Both the position numbers and the translations under genes were made by a program. A stretch of 64,000 nucleotides of DNA. Source: Octopus sinensis. Its lineage: Eukaryota. Where the stretch lies: the NCBI RefSeq assembly GCF_006345805.1, contig NC_043003.1, forward strand, positions 15,562,001-15,626,000, given 5' to 3'. This document shows, piece by piece, positions 25,810-39,759 of the stretch; within the stretch, counting starts at the first letter, position 1; the number at the start of each line of letters is the position of its first letter. The notes below the pieces were generated by a model that worked only from the letters and a program-made list of their open reading frames with translations, was not told where the DNA came from and did not search any database.

Positions 25810-25814
<5 letters not shown>
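24719..25814 (+). repeat. About 402-bp direct repeat (24719-25122 and 25413-25814) around a 290-bp pyrimidine-rich spacer, flanked by (TA)n
   Basis: Near-identical copies offset by 694 bp. Confidence 0.9.
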
Positions 25815-25842
<28 letters not shown>

Positions 25843-26299
25843 TGCAGTATGATTTCCGGTATTTTAGCACACCAAAACGAAGATTTTGAAAAATAACCAC
25901 AAGTGTATAAGGTAGAACTATATACATATCCAACCTTATGCGGACGTTTCGTGTATAGTTCTGCAAATTATATTTGCAATGACGAACATACTGAAGATCT
26001 ACGGACAAATTGCGTAAGTAAAATTACGTAACTGTTAATAGTGAAACATGTTTATGGTTAATCTATATTTTTGTTACTTTTCATTTTTCTTGCTCGCTTA
26101 CGTTCTGGTGTTTGCTAAATTTTCTTGAGAACATTATTTAGTGGTAAGACCATAGCGGATCTACTTCTAGCATAAGGGTTGTCCATATAAGCGTCATCCC
26201 TCTCATATGTATGTAATACAATTTTCTTAATATGCTAGACCACTGGTTTTAAATTGATGTTAATCAAATTAATATTCAATTTTTCGCCCTCACTTTAAA

Positions 26300-26328
26300 T
26301 TTTATATATATATATATATAACGTATAT

Positions 26329-26369
<41 letters not shown>

Positions 26370-26995
26370 CGTATATGGTATATACATATATGTATATACA
26401 GTGAATATGTACACATTGCATTGATGGTATATAAGATATATGACAACAAAATGTATCATTAATATTTAATGCAATATGATATATATATATACATGCATAT
26501 ATATATAAATATATATATATATATAAATATATACTATAACATATATACATATATATATACATATATATATACATATATATATACATATATAATACATATA
26601 TATATACATATATATATATACATATATATACATATATATATATATATATACATATTATACTATATACATATATATATATACATATATACATATATATATA
26701 TACATATATATACATATATACATATAAATATACATATATACATAATATACATATATACATATATACATATATATACATATATTACATATATATACATATA
26801 TACATATATATACATATATACATATCTATACATATATACATATATATACATATATACATATATATATATATACATATATATATATACATATAATATATAT
26901 ACATATATATACATATATATATACATATATACATATATATAGATATATATATACATATATACATATATATAGATATATATATAACATTATACATA

Positions 26996-27032
<37 letters not shown>

Positions 27033-27065
27033 TATATATATATAATATATATACATATATATATC
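26300..27065. repeat. Compound (TA)n/(TACA)n microsatellite
   Basis: Direct inspection; similar tracts at 646-1500, 15100-15400, 22070-22530, 29430-29800, 35330-35600, 37400-37700, 44190-44540. Confidence 0.95.
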
Positions 27066-27461
27066 ATAGATGGATATAAAGAAAGAGTATGACAGCATCC
27101 GTTTACATACTGATAATCGCACTAATATACTTAATAACCAATGATTATCTTCCGTTCAATCAAGTCTCTAAGAGGTAAATATGCTCCTCTTAGAACATAG
27201 ATATTCACGATTGCTGTTTTAGTCGTACTCATTATAATCACACCTTAACAATGCAGTATATTGTAGCTATATTTTTCATTTCTCATTGCAGTATTCAGCA
27301 TAATTAACAAATTTGAATATTAGAAATAAATGATAAAGACGATGAATGAAAATTAATTCGAAACTTTATTTATACATACGAAGCTGTAGATCAAAGCTAA
27401 TATCATTTTAATACATGTAACACTGTAATACATAGCAAATCTTCAACGTTATTTGAGGAAA

Positions 27462-27834
27462 TCTCACTCTATATAAAGCTGAAGTTGTCTGTGTATGACA
27501 GTTTGGTAGCCTTCAACTAACACTATCTTCTCCGAGACCCTGCAACACAAGTTGACTAAAATTGAGAGTATGATAGAAGAAGGCTTGCTCTTCCTTCCGT
27601 AGGAGAAAAAATTCAAATCGGACCATGTTAACAGCAAAAATTATTTACATCAAAAAGATGCTTTTTTTCTATGAAAATCCCTATTTTTTACGATTTCTTT
27701 TACTGCTGTGTCGGCATTTTTCGGTGTATTTCAACCGAGAATAACAAGCTACATAATGCAAAACTTTTACTTTTCAAAAATTTCAATTCTAAAGGATCGA
27801 AACAAACCCGAGCAACGCTGGGCGATACTGCTAG
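27462..27834 (+). mobile_element. Non-autonomous Helitron (same family)
   Basis: A|TC..tatataaagctgaagttg ... cccgagcaacgctggg..CTAG|T. Confidence 0.85.
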
Positions 27835-27879
27835 TATTTATTAAAATTCTGCCATTTTACATTGGTCTTTCTCTTTAGT

Positions 27880-29150
27880 ATTAACTCAACCTTCCTGATG
27901 TCACCGTATAGATTCTCTTCGTTATCGCTGTTTGTAATTACATATAGATCATCTACTGCGTCATCGTCATACTGTAACAGATATTAATCTTCTGAGCAGT
28001 CAAATATTTTCGTAATACCTCCATTCTCCAATGATTTGTTAATGATGTCAGCTTATGCTTCCTTTCATAATTTAATAATCCCTTCGAAAACCAGCAAGTC
28101 AGTGATGGAACCCATTTGCTGGCTCCTATCTTGTGTCAATGTCCGTCATAATGCTTTATTTTCATCTTCATTATATCGTGAAATCCTTATTGATTCTGAC
28201 ATCTAATGGTTACGAAACATTGGTAAATCCATCAATTACCCCAGTGTATGAGATTCTTGATCGAATATTATCCACAGATAAGCAGTACACCAGGCTGTAA
28301 ATTCTAAACTTCCTTTATCCATTGTATTACATCGACATTCCCCACGGCATGTAATACACTGGTATAATAATTCACTTTTGAAATTTCTCTTTTGCCCTTG
28401 TTTTTATCGTAAAAATCAGTCATCAGATTAAACTTGATACAATCTGCTGTACCCAAAAAAGAAAATTTAAATGTCATTTGTTATGTCCAGAATTTTTAAC
28501 CAGTGATGTTTTCTCTCCTACATGCTTGGCAGATAGTTTCTCTGTCATGTCAAGCTGTTTCATCCTTCTTACAAAATGCTATCACTCTGCCAATTTCTGA
28601 TAACAGATTAGTGAAACGCTAACATCAAGAAAAGCGGACAGATTTTTGTGGAATGTTCGTTTCTAACCAAAGTACTAAATCATATCGCTTTATCAAATAA
28701 TCGCTCTATCCGGCACTTGTCTTTAAATCCCAAATTTCCGCCTTTTTTTTTTCTGTTTATAGTTTCGGCTGACGGTGTATTCTAAGAGATTGGCTGCCAA
28801 GCTTTTTAAAATTTACAGCTCTCTTAAATGAGACATTAAACCTAAAAGGAGTTCCTAAAGTAATTGTCCTGCGGCCGCTGCTGTTTCTTGTTGATTTGTT
28901 AGATATTCACTCGGCCATTCAGGTACCAACGCTTTCCAGAAACACTGACGATGCCGAAGCATCACGGGTAATTAAAACCCTGATGCTGACAAAATTGCAC
29001 CGAGACTTTAACGCAGCATGCAAAACAATATGTAATTTTAATTTCGTAGAAAATTCTAAACACTCTGCTATCAGTCCAAAATGCACAGGACTAGGAGAGA
29101 TTCTGATTCCAGAATCACTATGCGTGCGCGACCTTATAGTCAATATGATT
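27880..29150 (-). mobile_element. pogo/Tigger-like (DDE_1) transposase relic
   Basis: Minus strand: VIDGFTNVS*PLDVRINKDF (cf. IPGGLTSxLQPLDVxINKPF), EKTSLVKNSGHNK..GTAD, DIINKSLENGGIT. Heavily decayed; ends approximate. Confidence 0.65.
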
Positions 29151-29359
29151 AATACTGCGAACTTTGCAAGCCTCTAAAATAAAAAAAAATATTGTACTAG
29201 AGGTTACACAAACTAATGATAGAACATGAGGTAATCCAACGCTGTTATGTATATATGTACATATATATAGGGAGAGTTTACGAAAAAAACAAAAGACGAA
29301 GACAGGTGGTGTAGAAAACAAACAGATGTATTAGTATGACGCTCAGGGATAGAAAAAGT

Positions 29360-29395
29360 CTTTTACGTTTCGAGCCTACGCTCTTCTACAGAAAG
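29360..29395 (-). ncRNA. Hammerhead-like variant (CUGUAGA core)
   Basis: CUUU CUGUAGA A GAGC-GUAG-GCUC GAAA CG UA AAAG. Confidence 0.55.
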
Positions 29396-29445
29396 GGACA
29401 CAGAAAAAACAAGGAGAGAAAAATACTTACATATATATATGTATA

Positions 29446-29491
<46 letters not shown>

Positions 29492-30188
29492 TGTGTGTGT
29501 GTGTGTGGTGTGCATATATGTATGTATATATATATATATTATATATATATATATTATATATATTCTATATATATAATATATATATATATATGTATGTACA
29601 TATTATATATTATATGTATATATATATATATATGTATGTATCATATATATATATATTATATGTATGTATATATATATATATACGTATGTATATGTACGTA
29701 TACATATGTGTATATATATATGTATAGATGTATATATATGTATATATATATGTGTGTATATATATATATATCTATGTATATATATATGTATATATATATA
29801 TGTATATATTTACTCGTAATATATATTAGGAGAGAAAAAGTGTTTACGACATTGCGGCTTAAAACGGACAGTTTTATATTGTTATTGAAGCTCATTAAAA
29901 TTATAGTAAATATAAATGATATAATATTTGGTCTCAAATATAATCACATGATACGTTTTTAAGTATTTTGATTCGGTAGATTTTCATATCCGTGACAGAA
30001 ATTGCTTTTGTTTTTTGTGTTTTTTCTTTCGTGGTTTTTGTTTTTGCTTAGAAATATAAAACTGTCAACGCCGTAAGTTGCAAAATCTCTGCCAATTAAT
30101 GTCATCGAATCTAAAGAAAATTAAGTACGTGTGGAAAAGCGGCATATAGCGATCAATTAAAACTGTGCTAATGAGATACAAATATCTT

Positions 30189-30580
30189 AGGCGGCGAGCT
30201 GGCAGAATCGTTAGCATGCAGGGCGAAATGCTTAGCCGTATTTCGCCTGCCGTTACGTTCTGAGTTCAAATTCCGCCGAGGTCGACTTTGCCTTTCATCG
30301 ATAAATTAAGTACCAGTTACACACTGGGGTCGATATAATCGACTTACTCCGTTTGTCTGTCCGTGTTTGTCCTCTCTGTGTTTAGCCCCCGTGTGGGTAG
30401 TAAAGAAATAGGTATTTCGTCTGCTGCTACGTTCTGAGTTCAAATTCCGATGAGGTTGACTTTGTTCTTCATCCTTTCAGGGTTAATAAATAAGTATCAC
30501 TGGAACACTGGGGGTTGCTTTAATCGACTGACGCCTCCATCCCCGAAATTCCTGGCTGTGTGCCAAAATTTGAAATGAAT
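30189..30580 (+). mobile_element. SINE family A
   Basis: Head + 2 modules. Confidence 0.9.
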
Positions 30581-30593
30581 ATTATGCAGGAGT

Positions 30594-30760
30594 GGCACAG
30601 GAGCGGCTGTGTGGTAAGTAGCTTGTTTGCCAACCACATGGTTCCGGGTTCAGTCCCACTGCGTGGCACCTTGGGCAAGTGTCTTCTACTATAGCCTCGG
30701 GCCGACAAAGCCTTGTGAGTGGATTAGGTAGACGGAAACTGAAAGAAGCCCGTCGTATAT

Positions 30761-30809
<49 letters not shown>

Positions 30810-31010
30810 TGTGTGTCTGTGTTTGTCCCCCTAGCATTGCTTGACAACCGATGCTGGTGTGTTTATGTCCCCGTCACTTAGCGGTTCGGCAAAAGAGACC
30901 GATAGAATAAGTACTGGGCTTACAAAAGAATAAGTCCTGGGGTCGAGTTGCTCGATTAAAGGCGGTGCTCCAGCATAGCCGTAGTCAAATGACTGAAACA
31001 ATTGAAAGAG
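30594..31010 (+). mobile_element. SINE family B
   Basis: Full-length consensus match. Confidence 0.9.
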
Positions 31011-31256
31011 AGAAATATCTTTCATCTGTTTTTTATCTTTTACTTATTTCACTCATTGGACTCTCAATACTACGGAACACCATTTTGAAGGATTTAGCCA
31101 AACATTCTGACCCGAATACTTATTTCGTAAATCTGTTACTGATTCTATAGTTCAATTTTGCTGCACTGCTAGTTTTGGGGAGGTAAACAAACCAACATCG
31201 GCGGTTACTCTTTTAGAGCAAAAACAAAGGCACATTCCACATCTCTCTCTCTCTTC

Positions 31257-31291
<35 letters not shown>

Positions 31292-31345
31292 ATTCAAATT
31301 CCCTGGTACTGCGAGTTTCAAGCGTGATGCTAATCTTCAGCCATT

Positions 31346-31385
<40 letters not shown>

Positions 31386-31931
31386 GTGTGTCACCACTAC
31401 CATCGCCTGGCAATCGATGTTGGTATGTTTACGTCCCCGTAACTTAGCGGTATGGCAAAATAGATCAATAAAAGAAGTACTAGGCTTACAAAGATGAAAT
31501 CTAAATCGACTAAAGGCGGTGCTCCAGCTTGGGCTGCAATAAAATGACTGAAGTAAGCGAAAGAGCAAATACATTTATTATTCCATATATTGTAGTTCCA
31601 ACATTTTGACGTTTCAGTTAACGCTCGTTAGAAAAATCCTTTTATTTCCATTCGTGGTATTAATATAATTTTATTTCTACTCTTGGAAGCTTTTGCATTA
31701 ATTTCAGCGGGTAGACCTTTCCTTCTACTCATCTCCCTAATTATATTAATTGATGAATATCAAAGATAAAGATTAATTAAATGTTTTCACAGCTAATTAA
31801 CCCTGTGTTCCTATTCAAATTGCTAGAATTAGATATAAATCATTTCAAAAAAAATCATGCAATTTCGTATAAGCCCATAACACGTTGATTTGACACTTCA
31901 GAATCTTAAAAGGATTGGAAAGTAAATAAAT

Positions 31932-31963
<32 letters not shown>

Positions 31964-32350
31964 TGTATGTATGTATGTATGTATGTATGTATGTATGTAT
32001 GTGTATATGAATATGTGTATGTAAGTGTGTGCGTGTAAGTATGTGCACGAGTGTATGAATATATATATGTGTATATATATATATCCACCTTTGAATATCA
32101 TATTGTATTTATGTGTTTTTGTGTGTGTGTTGAGTGCGCTTCTCTTGTTTTCTCGTTCAGCAAAAAAATAACAAATCCCGCGATGGATAAGCATCATTTA
32201 ATGAATACAGGAGTTATATGTATGCTACTCTAAGTTTTATGTTTAAGCAGTGCTATAATCGAACGGGCTTGTTTAATGTACCATGCACAACCCGACAATC
32301 TTCCAATCTGCTTACTAAACATTAAGAAGATTACCAGGTCGTGGTAATCT

Positions 32351-32620
32351 GGAATTTGAACTCAGAACGTAACAGCAGACGAAATACCTATTTCTTTATT
32401 ACCCACAGGGGGCTAAACATAGAGGGGACAAACAAGGACAGACATAGGTATTAAGTCGATTACATCGACCCCAGTGCGTAACTGGTACTTAATTTATCGA
32501 CCCCGAAAGGATGAAAGGCAAAGTCGACCTCGGCGGAATTTGAACTCAGAACGTAACGGCAGACAAAATACGGCTACGCATTTCGCCCGGCGTGCTAACG
32601 TTTCTGCCAGCTCGCCGCCT
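32351..32620 (-). mobile_element. SINE family A
   Basis: Head + module. Confidence 0.9.
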
Positions 32621-33114
32621 TTGCCCGTTCAATTATTGCATTACCTAAACATGTAACTTAAAGCAGCTTATGTATGATTCTTACATTCACTAAATGATGA
32701 ATTTGGCATAAACTTTGATTGGATTTAGTAAGTCCTCACTGGATTTCGTACAAGCAAGGGAAGAGGACATACACTATGTGTATGAGATTCGCATGGCTTA
32801 GATATGTTGTAATACGAGTTTCAAATTCTAGCACCAGGTTTGCAAGGTTGGAGGAGGTAGGTCGATTACATTGTTTAAACTCCAGTGTTTAATTGGTACT
32901 TATTTTTGCGGAAGTCGAATCCGGTGGAATTTAAACTCAGAACATAAAGACGGACGAATTGCCGCTAAGCATATTATCCGGCTTGTTAATGAACCTGCCA
33001 GCTGGCCACCTTCATAAGCTGTAGTATTACAAAATTATTTGTGTTCTTGAATTGTTTATTCCATGTCACTGAGCATACGTCTGATTTTATGTTCTATCTT
33101 ACTAGATAATATAT

Positions 33115-33400
33115 TTAATGGTTAGGGCAGTGGACTCGCGGTCGGAGGATCGCGGTTTCGATTCCCAGACCGGGCGTTGTGTGTGTTTATTAAGCGAAAG
33201 AACCTAAAGCTCTACGAGGCTCCGGCAGCGGGTGGTGGCGACCCCTGTTGTACTCTTTCGCCCCAACTTTCTCTCGAGCTTTCTTCCTGTTTCTTGAATA
33301 ACACTACAATGGACTGGCGCCCCGTCCAGCTGGGGGGGGGGGGAGGCACATACGCCACAGAAACCGGGAAACCGGGCCCATGAGCCTGGCTAGGGTTGAA
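33115..33400 (+). mobile_element. tRNA-derived SINE family C (V-domain-like atggactggcg.cccgtccag)
   Basis: Head ggttagggcagtggactcgcggtc..ggtttcgattccc; related copies at 9121-9360 (+), 39285-39520 (-), 46215-46460 (-), 59400-59645 (-). Confidence 0.75.
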
Positions 33401-34002
33401 AAAATATTGCATATCACTGTGCATACGTTTGAATTTATATTCTATAATTTTCGGTAATATATTTAATGTATCAACACAAAAGGTAATGGTTGAAGATAGG
33501 TCTCACTTATACTTTTACCACTGAGAATAATTTTGATTTTATATTGTTCAAAATGTTGACTTCAACCTGAGGATTAGCATATATTTATTGCTAATAATAT
33601 CTTGTTTTAATTTGCTTAAAATTTTCATTGCTGAAACTTCATTTTTAATTACATCCATTAACTGAATAATTTCCATTAATTCACATCATTATGGAGTCTC
33701 GTATCCTGCATGCTAATTTTCAACCCTAAATATCACCTATGACAAAAGAGCTTTATCACTCTCTCGAATTTACAGTACCCCACTACTGCACACACACCAC
33801 ACACACACACACAACACACACACACACACAAATACTCACACTAACACACATACAAACATATGCATACAATCACGTACAAAAGTATTACACTGAAAATTAC
33901 ACAGAAAATAACTGAGACAACGGTATACGGGCGAACGAACATAATAAGATCTCTCACATACCATTATAGCATAAAACTATATATTTAATGGAATAGGTAT
34001 AT

Positions 34003-34053
34003 ATGTGGACCGGTTTCTGGTTTGGCTCAAAGTTCTTACCTTCCTCAGCACAT
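34003..34053 (-). ncRNA. Minimal hammerhead motif with GUC cleavage triplet
   Basis: AUGUG CUGAGGA A GGU..ACC A GAAA CCGG UC CACAU. Confidence 0.65.
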
Positions 34054-34121
34054 CTTATCCTTAGAAATATCTTCTTATGTATATATATGTATTGGTATAA
34101 ATCGTCCTAACAGATGTAGAT

Positions 34122-34188
<67 letters not shown>

Positions 34189-34484
34189 TATACACTCTTA
34201 TATATATATATATATATATTTATATATGAGTATACACTCTATATGCATATATATATATCCTTATATATATATTGTTGCCCGCCCTTTTAATTATTTATAT
34301 ATATATCTAATATATTATATATATATATATTGCTGTGTGGTAACTGTAGTGGTTCGGTGAAAGTGACCGATAGAATAAGTACTAGGCTTACAAAGAATAA
34401 GTCCTGGGGTCGATTTGCTCGACTAAAGGCGGTGCCCTAGCATGGCCACACTCAAATGACTGAAACATGTATAAGAGTAAAAGA

Positions 34485-34524
<40 letters not shown>

Positions 34525-35496
34525 GTATGAATAAACACGTATATGCGTATGTATGTGTCTATATGTGTATGTATATATGTACCTATATGCGTGTAAGTAT
34601 GTATATATGTATGTATGCACATGTAGCATGAACAGCATGCGCAATAAAAAATTCTAATAATGCAAAATAATTCAAAGCAACGACAAAGTTTATACGCTGA
34701 AAGGGCTTCAGAGAAGAAGAATAATTTTTAAAATTCTTCGCCGCTGGTGAAATAAATGATGAGAGGAATTTTATATTAGTGTGCTTACTTCTATTTAAAA
34801 AAATTGTTACAATTTATCCAGAGTGCGTAAAATATTTTCTGTATTGATACATATTTAAACACTTATATAACCATTTATATTCAAAATTCTCAGTTATTCA
34901 GACGTGACTCTGCCTACTGAACTGGCTGCTATTTTGAATCTATTTTCCTCAGCTCACTTCCTGAAACAATACTCAGGGTGTAATGACGGATTGGTGGTGA
35001 TAAAAAAAAAAAAGCCAGACAGTGAGGAGGTGTACCTGGTAGGTTTTGTATGTAGGTTTTGTATGTTGGGAGTATTGAGTAGGGTGAGTGGTGACACATC
35101 TCCCGGGGACGGCTTATGTTTTTTAAATAAAATTACATTTTTTAACACACACATACACACGCACACAAACACATATACGTATCCAGCTGCGTTCATCAAA
35201 GGTTAGAATTAGGTGCGCTGCCACTCCTGTATACTACTACTACTACTGCTGCTGCTGCTAATAATAATAATTATTATAACAACAGTAATAATAACAATAC
35301 TATACCCTTATACACATCCGTACACAAAATATGTACATACATACACCTACAACACACACACATACACGCATACATACACACGCACAGTATATATATACAT
35401 AAATACACACATACACGTGCGTATATATATATATATATACACACGCATACTTACATATATATATATATGTATATATATATATACACGCATACATAC

Positions 35497-35528
<32 letters not shown>

Positions 35529-35561
35529 TTACATATACACCTTTGAGTGTACACCCGCACA

Positions 35562-35592
<31 letters not shown>

Positions 35593-36039
35593 CACGGACA
35601 TATATAGTATACCTATTGTATGTCGGTATGTTTGTGGTTGTACGTGTATGAAAATAAACAGTTGATTCAATTTAGAAAATAAATTTCCTTTGTTTTATTC
35701 GAAACCAATCAAACAAACATTATTCTATGCTTATATTGAGGTTGACTTGATAATTCATATATACGATATCGTTTATTACATGTGACATTTTTGTTTATCG
35801 ATTATGATTGTGTGCCGTTATTTTGTTCTTTATTTTCAGTCGGTTATAATGTACTGTACAAAAGAAAATCGTAGCTGAACAAAGTAAACAGATCGATATA
35901 GTAAAAAAAGAAAATGATTAATTATAAATAGAAAAATCGATAGTTTTTATGACGATGATAACAGAAACATACAATGGTCTTACTAAATATATGTAATTTG
36001 GAAATGTGTAGATTGGAATTTTTTGGAAGCACTCCATCG

Positions 36040-36412
36040 GTTACGACGATGAGGGTTCCGGTTGATCCGAATCAACGGAACAGCCTGCTCGTGAAATTAA
36101 CGTGTAAGTGGCTGAGCACTCCACAGACACGTGCACCCTTAACGTAGTTCTCGGGGATATCCAGCGTGACACAGAGAGTGACAAGGCCGGCCCTTTGAAA
36201 TACAGGTACAACAGAAACAGGAAGTAAGAGTGAGAGAAAGTTGTGGTGAAAGAGTACAGCAGGGATCACCACCATCCCCTATCAGAGCCTCGTGGAGCTT
36301 TTAGGTGTTTTCGCTCAATAAACACTCACAACGCCCGGTCTGGGAATCGAAACCGCGATCGTATGACCGCGAGTCCGCTGCCCTAACTACTGGGCTATTG
36401 CGCCTCCAAATG
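36040..36412 (-). mobile_element. SINE family C variant with a LINE-like tail
   Basis: Same head as 33115; tail ..ggaaccctcatcgtcgtaacc is also seen at about 8720. Confidence 0.75.
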
Positions 36413-36490
36413 TGTAGATATGACTGTATACGTAAATGTTTCCTAAGAAGCAATATATATGTGAGAAAATAACTCCCTGTTTATATATTA

Positions 36491-36882
36491 CTAGCAGTAT
36501 CGCCCGGCGTTGCTCGGGTTTGTTTCGACCCTTTAGAATTGGAATTTTTGAAAAGTAAAAATTTTGCATTATGTAGTTTGTTATTCTCTTTAAGTGAACA
36601 TTTGTCTGGTTGAAATACACCGAAAAATGGCGACACAGCAGTAAAAAAATCGTAAAAAATAGGGATTTTCATAGATAAAGAGTACGTTTTTCATGTAAAT
36701 TATTTTTGGTGTTAACATGGTCCGATTTGAATTGTTTCTTCTACGGAAGAAAGAATAAGCCTTCTTCTATCATACTCTCAATTTTGGTCAACTTGCGCCG
36801 CAGGGTCTCGGAGGAGATAGTGTTAGTTGAAGGCTACCAAACCTGCCATACACAGACAACTTCAGCTTTATATATATAGAGA
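36491..36882 (-). mobile_element. Non-autonomous Helitron (same family)
   Basis: Same termini and body as 3315..3698. Confidence 0.85.
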
Positions 36883-37044
36883 TAATATGAAAATTCTATA
36901 TGCATTGTCTGTGTATTTTGTCTGTTAATGTATGTTTATACGCATAGATCTGAATTGTTGGATGGCATAGGATTATGAATGCTTATATAGGTACGTTCAT
37001 TCATATATTTATAATGTATATTAGTGTATGTGTATTCTTTTATT

Positions 37045-37542
37045 CTTTTATTTCAGTATTTGTTTCAGTCATTTGTCTACGGCCATGCTGCAGGCCCGCC
37101 TTTAGTCGAACGTATTCTTTGTAAGCCTAGTACTTATTCTATCGATCTTTTTTTTGCCGGGTACGTTACACACCAACATCGGTTGTCAGCAATGGTGCAG
37201 GGACAAACACAGACACACAGGATGCCTGAAGAATCCGGAAGGCAGTACAACGGGCTTCTTTCAGTTTCCACATACAAAACCCACTCACAAGGCTTTGGTC
37301 AAGCCGAGGCTATCGTACAAGAGACTCTCCCAAGGTGCCACGCAGTCGGACCGAACCCGAACCATGTCGTTGGGAAGTAAGTTTCTTATCACACAGTCAC
37401 CCCTTCACCTACGTATATGTATGTATGTATATATATATATATATGTGTATATATATGTGTGTGTATATATATATATGTATGTTTGTGTGTGTGTGTGTGT
37501 GTGCGTATATATATATTTGTATATATATATATATATATATTA

Positions 37543-37576
<34 letters not shown>

Positions 37577-37630
37577 CATGTATGCGTGTATATAATATAT
37601 ATATATATAATATATATATATATATGTGTT

Positions 37631-37664
<34 letters not shown>

Positions 37665-38375
37665 CATGTATGCGTGTATATAAATATATATACGTATGTA
37701 CGACGGGCTTCTTTCAGTTTCCGCCTACTAAATCCACTCTCAAGGCTTTGGTCGGCCCGAGGCTATCGTAGAAGAGACTCTCCCAAGGTGCCACGCAGTC
37801 GGATCGAACCCGGAACCATGTGGTTGGGAAGCAAGTTTCTTACTACACAATCACTCCTGCGCCTATGTATAAATATGCATATTTATATGCATAAATCTGA
37901 ACTAATACATGGTGTACGATTGTGAATGCTTGCATGCGTGCTTTTGTTAACTCGTATTCAAGTGCGATTTATGTATTAGATTGTTGCTCAACCTGGAATT
38001 GCGAACCCGTCATCTGTCATCTACTATACATCTATGACACAGTCTGATTTACATAGATACATATCACGTCCATACATATGCCATTTTACTCTTTTACTTG
38101 TCTCAGTCATTTTACTGTGGCCATGCTGGAGCACCGCCTTTAGTCGAGCAAATCGATCCCAGGACTTATTCTTTGTAAGCCTAGTACTTATTCTATCGGG
38201 TTCTTTTGCCGAACCGCTAAGTTGCAGGGACGTAAACACACCAGCATCGGTTGTCAAGCGATGTTGGGGGGACAAACACAGACACACACACACACATACA
38301 TACATACATACATCGATACATCGATACATACATACATCGATTCATACATCGATACATACATCGATACATACATCG

Positions 38376-38408
<33 letters not shown>

Positions 38409-38584
38409 TATACATATATACGACGGGCTTCTTTCAGTTTCCGCCTACCAAATCCCTTCTCAAGGCTTTGGTCGGCCCGAGGCTATAGTAGAAGACACTT
38501 GCTCAAGGTGCCACGTAGTGGGACTGAACCCGGAACCATGTGGTTCGTAAGGAAGCTACTTACCACACAGCCACTCCTACGCCT
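37045..38584 (-). mobile_element. Three SINE family B copies or parts (37045-37410, 37700-37864, 38085-38584)
   Basis: Consensus matches separated by microsatellites. Confidence 0.85.
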
Positions 38585-39759
38585 ATGTAAACAATATTTG
38601 TATGTAAACAGTATTTGTCCTTCATTCCATCTGCGCTCTGTATATTTGTTTATGTTTATATAGTATGAAATCCCAAGTTACAATATAAACAGTATGACAC
38701 GTTTGTCATTTCTTATGTTCCGTGGAGAATATAATTTCCAGTACAAGGTTCTTTGACGTCATATTTATGTCTAAAAGAGAATTATTTCATGAATTTTTAA
38801 CGACGAATATTTTCCATGAACTTACAAGATATAATGTAGTTATGAGAATGAAAAAAATACCGAAATATGTTTCCCAACGTACGAGTTAAGCCTTTTATCT
38901 TTTACCTCTTCCAGTCAGATACAGATTAATTTGAAGAATACAAGTATAAGGTTAAAAGTTAAGAGCGAAAATAATTATTAATGTATAAACTTAAGAAAAC
39001 TAATTTATTAGCACTGTGTACTGGCCTACATCAAGTGTGAAGGAGCAGTATTGTCGAAAGGCTATCGAGGTTATTAAAGTTGATTGATGTTCATAACGTA
39101 TATGAAGAAAACACAGCCTGAGTGAGACTATTTGATGAACTGGTCTTTAATTGAAATATCAAACTGCTAATCCCGCGATGATTGATCTGTAAGTGATTAT
39201 CTCCCTTACAATAACTAGCCACCAGGCTGACCACGTGTTCTTGTGTCATCTTCTGTGGGTAAAATTTTAAAAAATATAATAAATGCGCCCTTTTTAAAGC
39301 TTAGCAAGGCTCATGGGTCCAATTTCCCGGTTTCTATGGCGTATGTGTTCCCTAGCTGGACGGGACGCCAGTCCATCGCAGCGTTACTGAGTGGACTGGA
39401 GTAACGTGAAATGAAGTGTTTTGCTCAAGAAGACAACGCGTCGCCCGGTCCAGGAATCGAAACCGCAATCTTACGATCATGATGCTTACACCCTAACCAC
39501 TAAGTCACGCGCCTCCATCTGTAGGTAAAATAGTACAGAAAAAGTTGTAAGTAGTTATCTAGTACATTTGCAGTTATCACGACAACGCACTGTGTGGTCT
39601 TCCTCGCTCCCGCTGATTTCTTGCTCAACTGCTAAATGAAGCAGCTTCTTTCTGTAATTTGAAATTGACTTAGCGGTTTATAAACTGTAGGAGATTTTAA
39701 CGCTTTATCGAAAAGGTCAACATCTTTACCACACAGGCATTTATGATTTCTTGAGTGGA

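Noticed and set aside
28896-29177. 93-aa plus-strand ORF preceded by an acceptor-like tag and followed by AATAAA
   Set aside because: It overlaps the N-terminal part of the minus-strand pogo relic and is most simply an antisense shadow ORF; it is not fully excluded as an exon.
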